Assembly (NCBI GenBank): GCA_016713425.1
Contig: JADJPE010000005.1
Coordinates: forward strand, 3,086,143-3,150,142
From: Deltaproteobacteria bacterium
Lineage (GTDB): Bacteria; Myxococcota; Kuafuiibacteriia; Kuafuiibacteriales; Kuafuiibacteriaceae
Length of the DNA stretch: 64,000 nucleotides
Reading direction: 5' to 3'
Shown: positions 63,201 to 64,000 of the stretch, piece after piece
Numbering within the stretch: position 1 is the stretch's first letter
Layout: every line of letters begins with the position of its first letter
Notes under the pieces: generated by a model
Databases searched by the model: none
The model's input: only the letters and a program-made list of their open reading frames with translations
What the model was told of the DNA's origin: nothing
Position numbers and translations under genes: made by a program

Positions 63201-64000
63201 GTTGTTATCTGTACGAAGACGCCATGGCCAACAACGAAGGCCGTGGCTTTCTTGGGTTCAAGAAGATCACGGAGTTCGAAGACGTCAAACCCGGAGTCCC
63301 AGGTTCAAAGCCCTCTGACGAAGCCGGCTCGTTGCCGAATAGCGTTCGAACGACGACGACGTATGCGCAACAGTTCCCATTGATCGGCGTGCCGATCGAC
63401 GTTTCGACCTACCTCGCCGACGATGACGCAAGCAGGAAGCCCTTTAAGCGTGTGACGCACCGATGGTCGAGCCGATGTGAAGCCGACGCCGATGCTGCGT
63501 CTTCGGGTCAGGTTTGTGTGAACCACCTGGACGAAGCGATCGAGGAAGTGCGTGATGTGGCGTTGTCGCGAGATTGGATCAGCACGAAGGCGACGACGTA
63601 TACGTACCTCGGAGACGACGAGGCGTATGGCAATGTCTCCATCGAGCGAACCGAATTCTTGGACGGAGTTCAGGGTCAGATTGTCGAAAAGCGCAACACG
63701 TACGACTACTCTTCGGCTAATCAATGGTGGATCGATCAGCGGGTTCGCCAAGAGGTCGAGTTTGAGCCGGTCGCGTACCGCGAGCCGCACGTGATTGCGG
63801 GTCTCCGTGAAAACAACCAGAAGATCCTCACCACCCAGACGAATTACTATCGGGACGACGGAAGCCCGACCTCTAGGCAACCGCGCTCGGAGGTTGTCCA
63901 AGACGGCAACGCCGCCGAGCGCCACCAAGTTGATTTCGATCGATATGACCGCTTTGGAAACCTTCTCACGCAGACCATGGAGCGCACAGGTCGACAACCG
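60224..64000 (+). CDS. Large secreted toxin-like protein, N-terminal >=1258 aa: SpvB/TcB-type N-terminal domain, FG-GAP/VCBS repeats, start of RHS/YD repeats; 3' end outside window
   Basis: ATG 60224 with AGAGGGG upstream; signal/lipobox-like N-terminus; SYRIPIVAPPGRRSVAPQIALSYSSG...GVGWSVGGLSVITRC; repeated DxDGDG motifs; ...YDRFGNLL at the end. Frame checked at codon 246 (60959). Not in the ORF track because it has no stop in the window. Confidence 0.7.
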   Translation, partial: MSSARRRARSLRDLLRPRVTFLASCLILSTSSVGCGDPDDATEDTASQAATTSRETATQEDDAEASEENARAGRPPFRPRPSFPAALGDACAFPPVSPPPQENVGATVGEASVSGGTASYRIPIVAPPGRRSVAPQIALSYSSGTALRGGGEAGVGWSVGGLSVITRCPQTVATDGRLHAVDYSLEDRLCLDGQRLMLVKGVYGRSGSEYRTEIESFNRIILHGNISKVAVAEKLEPSFIEVQSKDGRTSYYGGAWVGDRGALESLSPPFTPSAMGAAMLEAWNAPHAWWIRLSHDPQGNSIAYDYVNRDGEFLPEKIEYTGILSPSDPKSERRGNRRIRFEFEPRPDPEVRMRVVLSDFTIIPDSLPPPSLFPSLPLAETRRHRLKTIVSEVARDVVRRYELAYTESRATKRSLLSSVTECAGTPCTDVNRLPPTRFTYQDAPAGYAEVSLAEGEDVWVSLLSDFDGDGTRDTERMTRDCHVQSRWTEDYVRLSGGGSMNVLNEPWKQWLDRAWNVRSRSDFDLDGASDILGVADGRFAFVSRGQVKTTSLELDDTDFLVDAADFDGNGQTDLLIDRGSSGVGRHLSAILQCTAAGAATLSFCDEVPVPLGSNPASRVSVRVIGDVDGNGRPDLFVDWDGVGRKPSHETPPVIIRPAIVFALQDLTSPERISLRFEAAPLFERGGPVASFREDENGGLADLNGDGLVDIFSFSKVANDTYAPTIWINSGGLFRQAQVTGLTQLGIENHHVGLLSAFDQDADGRAEILIPGELRLPWCYEEASGAEPKEYCAGFSGAHNITLNAVARASDRSIYRWDALDFVDDGQGGFILERRPTPIEAPLQGTSPEDFFGDGLTDLRIELRRTFHIVAPIDGGGGGGGGGSGGGGGSHDRGVCTPSYPVGYWRGNPGYGVKVLKNRGVVPDLLIQSDDGLSVTSTWSYRSLSSQGVSSCSNKLYENHGRAAVDPHHFLFTSSMNVVARFESSNGLGDRNGRCYLYEDAMANNEGRGFLGFKKITEFEDVKPGVPGSKPSDEAGSLPNSVRTTTTYAQQFPLIGVPIDVSTYLADDDASRKPFKRVTHRWSSRCEADADAASSGQVCVNHLDEAIEEVRDVALSRDWISTKATTYTYLGDDEAYGNVSIERTEFLDGVQGQIVEKRNTYDYSSANQWWIDQRVRQEVEFEPVAYREPHVIAGLRENNQKILTTQTNYYRDDGSPTSRQPRSEVVQDGNAAERHQVDFDRYDRFGNLLTQTMERTGRQP

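Overview
High-GC window (roughly 65-70% GC by eye; myxobacterial-type genome is an inference only) that is an insertion-sequence graveyard. At least 11 copies or fragments of an IS91-like rolling-circle element share one exact 3' terminus (...gattgattgccctatcggcc) but have variable 5' ends. Two of them carry an identical IS110-family insertion at the same internal site, and a third IS110 copy is 5'-truncated. Also present: IS66-family elements (one tnpA-tnpB-tnpC copy with ~100-bp inverted end copies, one tnpC-only type, several remnants), an ISNCY/IS481-like frameshifted transposase, an IS21-family istA-istB pair preceded by co-oriented ParB-like and zinc-ribbon genes, and group II intron fragments. 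Non-mobile genes between them include an overlapping SbcD/SbcC-like phosphoesterase-ATPase pair whose ATPase has a membrane hairpin where a zinc hook would be, hslO, folE, a MarR regulator, a pentapeptide-repeat protein, a DKNYY-repeat protein, a bulb-lectin protein, a beta-helix/DUF4214 lipoprotein, a low-GC two-gene secreted-protein operon, and several IS-disrupted pseudogenes (pepA, an RCC1-repeat protein, a mutase fragment). The last 3.8 kb encodes the start of a large SpvB/TcB-like FG-GAP/RHS toxin protein that runs off the window and is absent from the supplied ORF track. No rRNA, tRNA or CRISPR array was recognised. All family assignments come from motif recognition by eye; no database search was run, and element boundaries are approximate.
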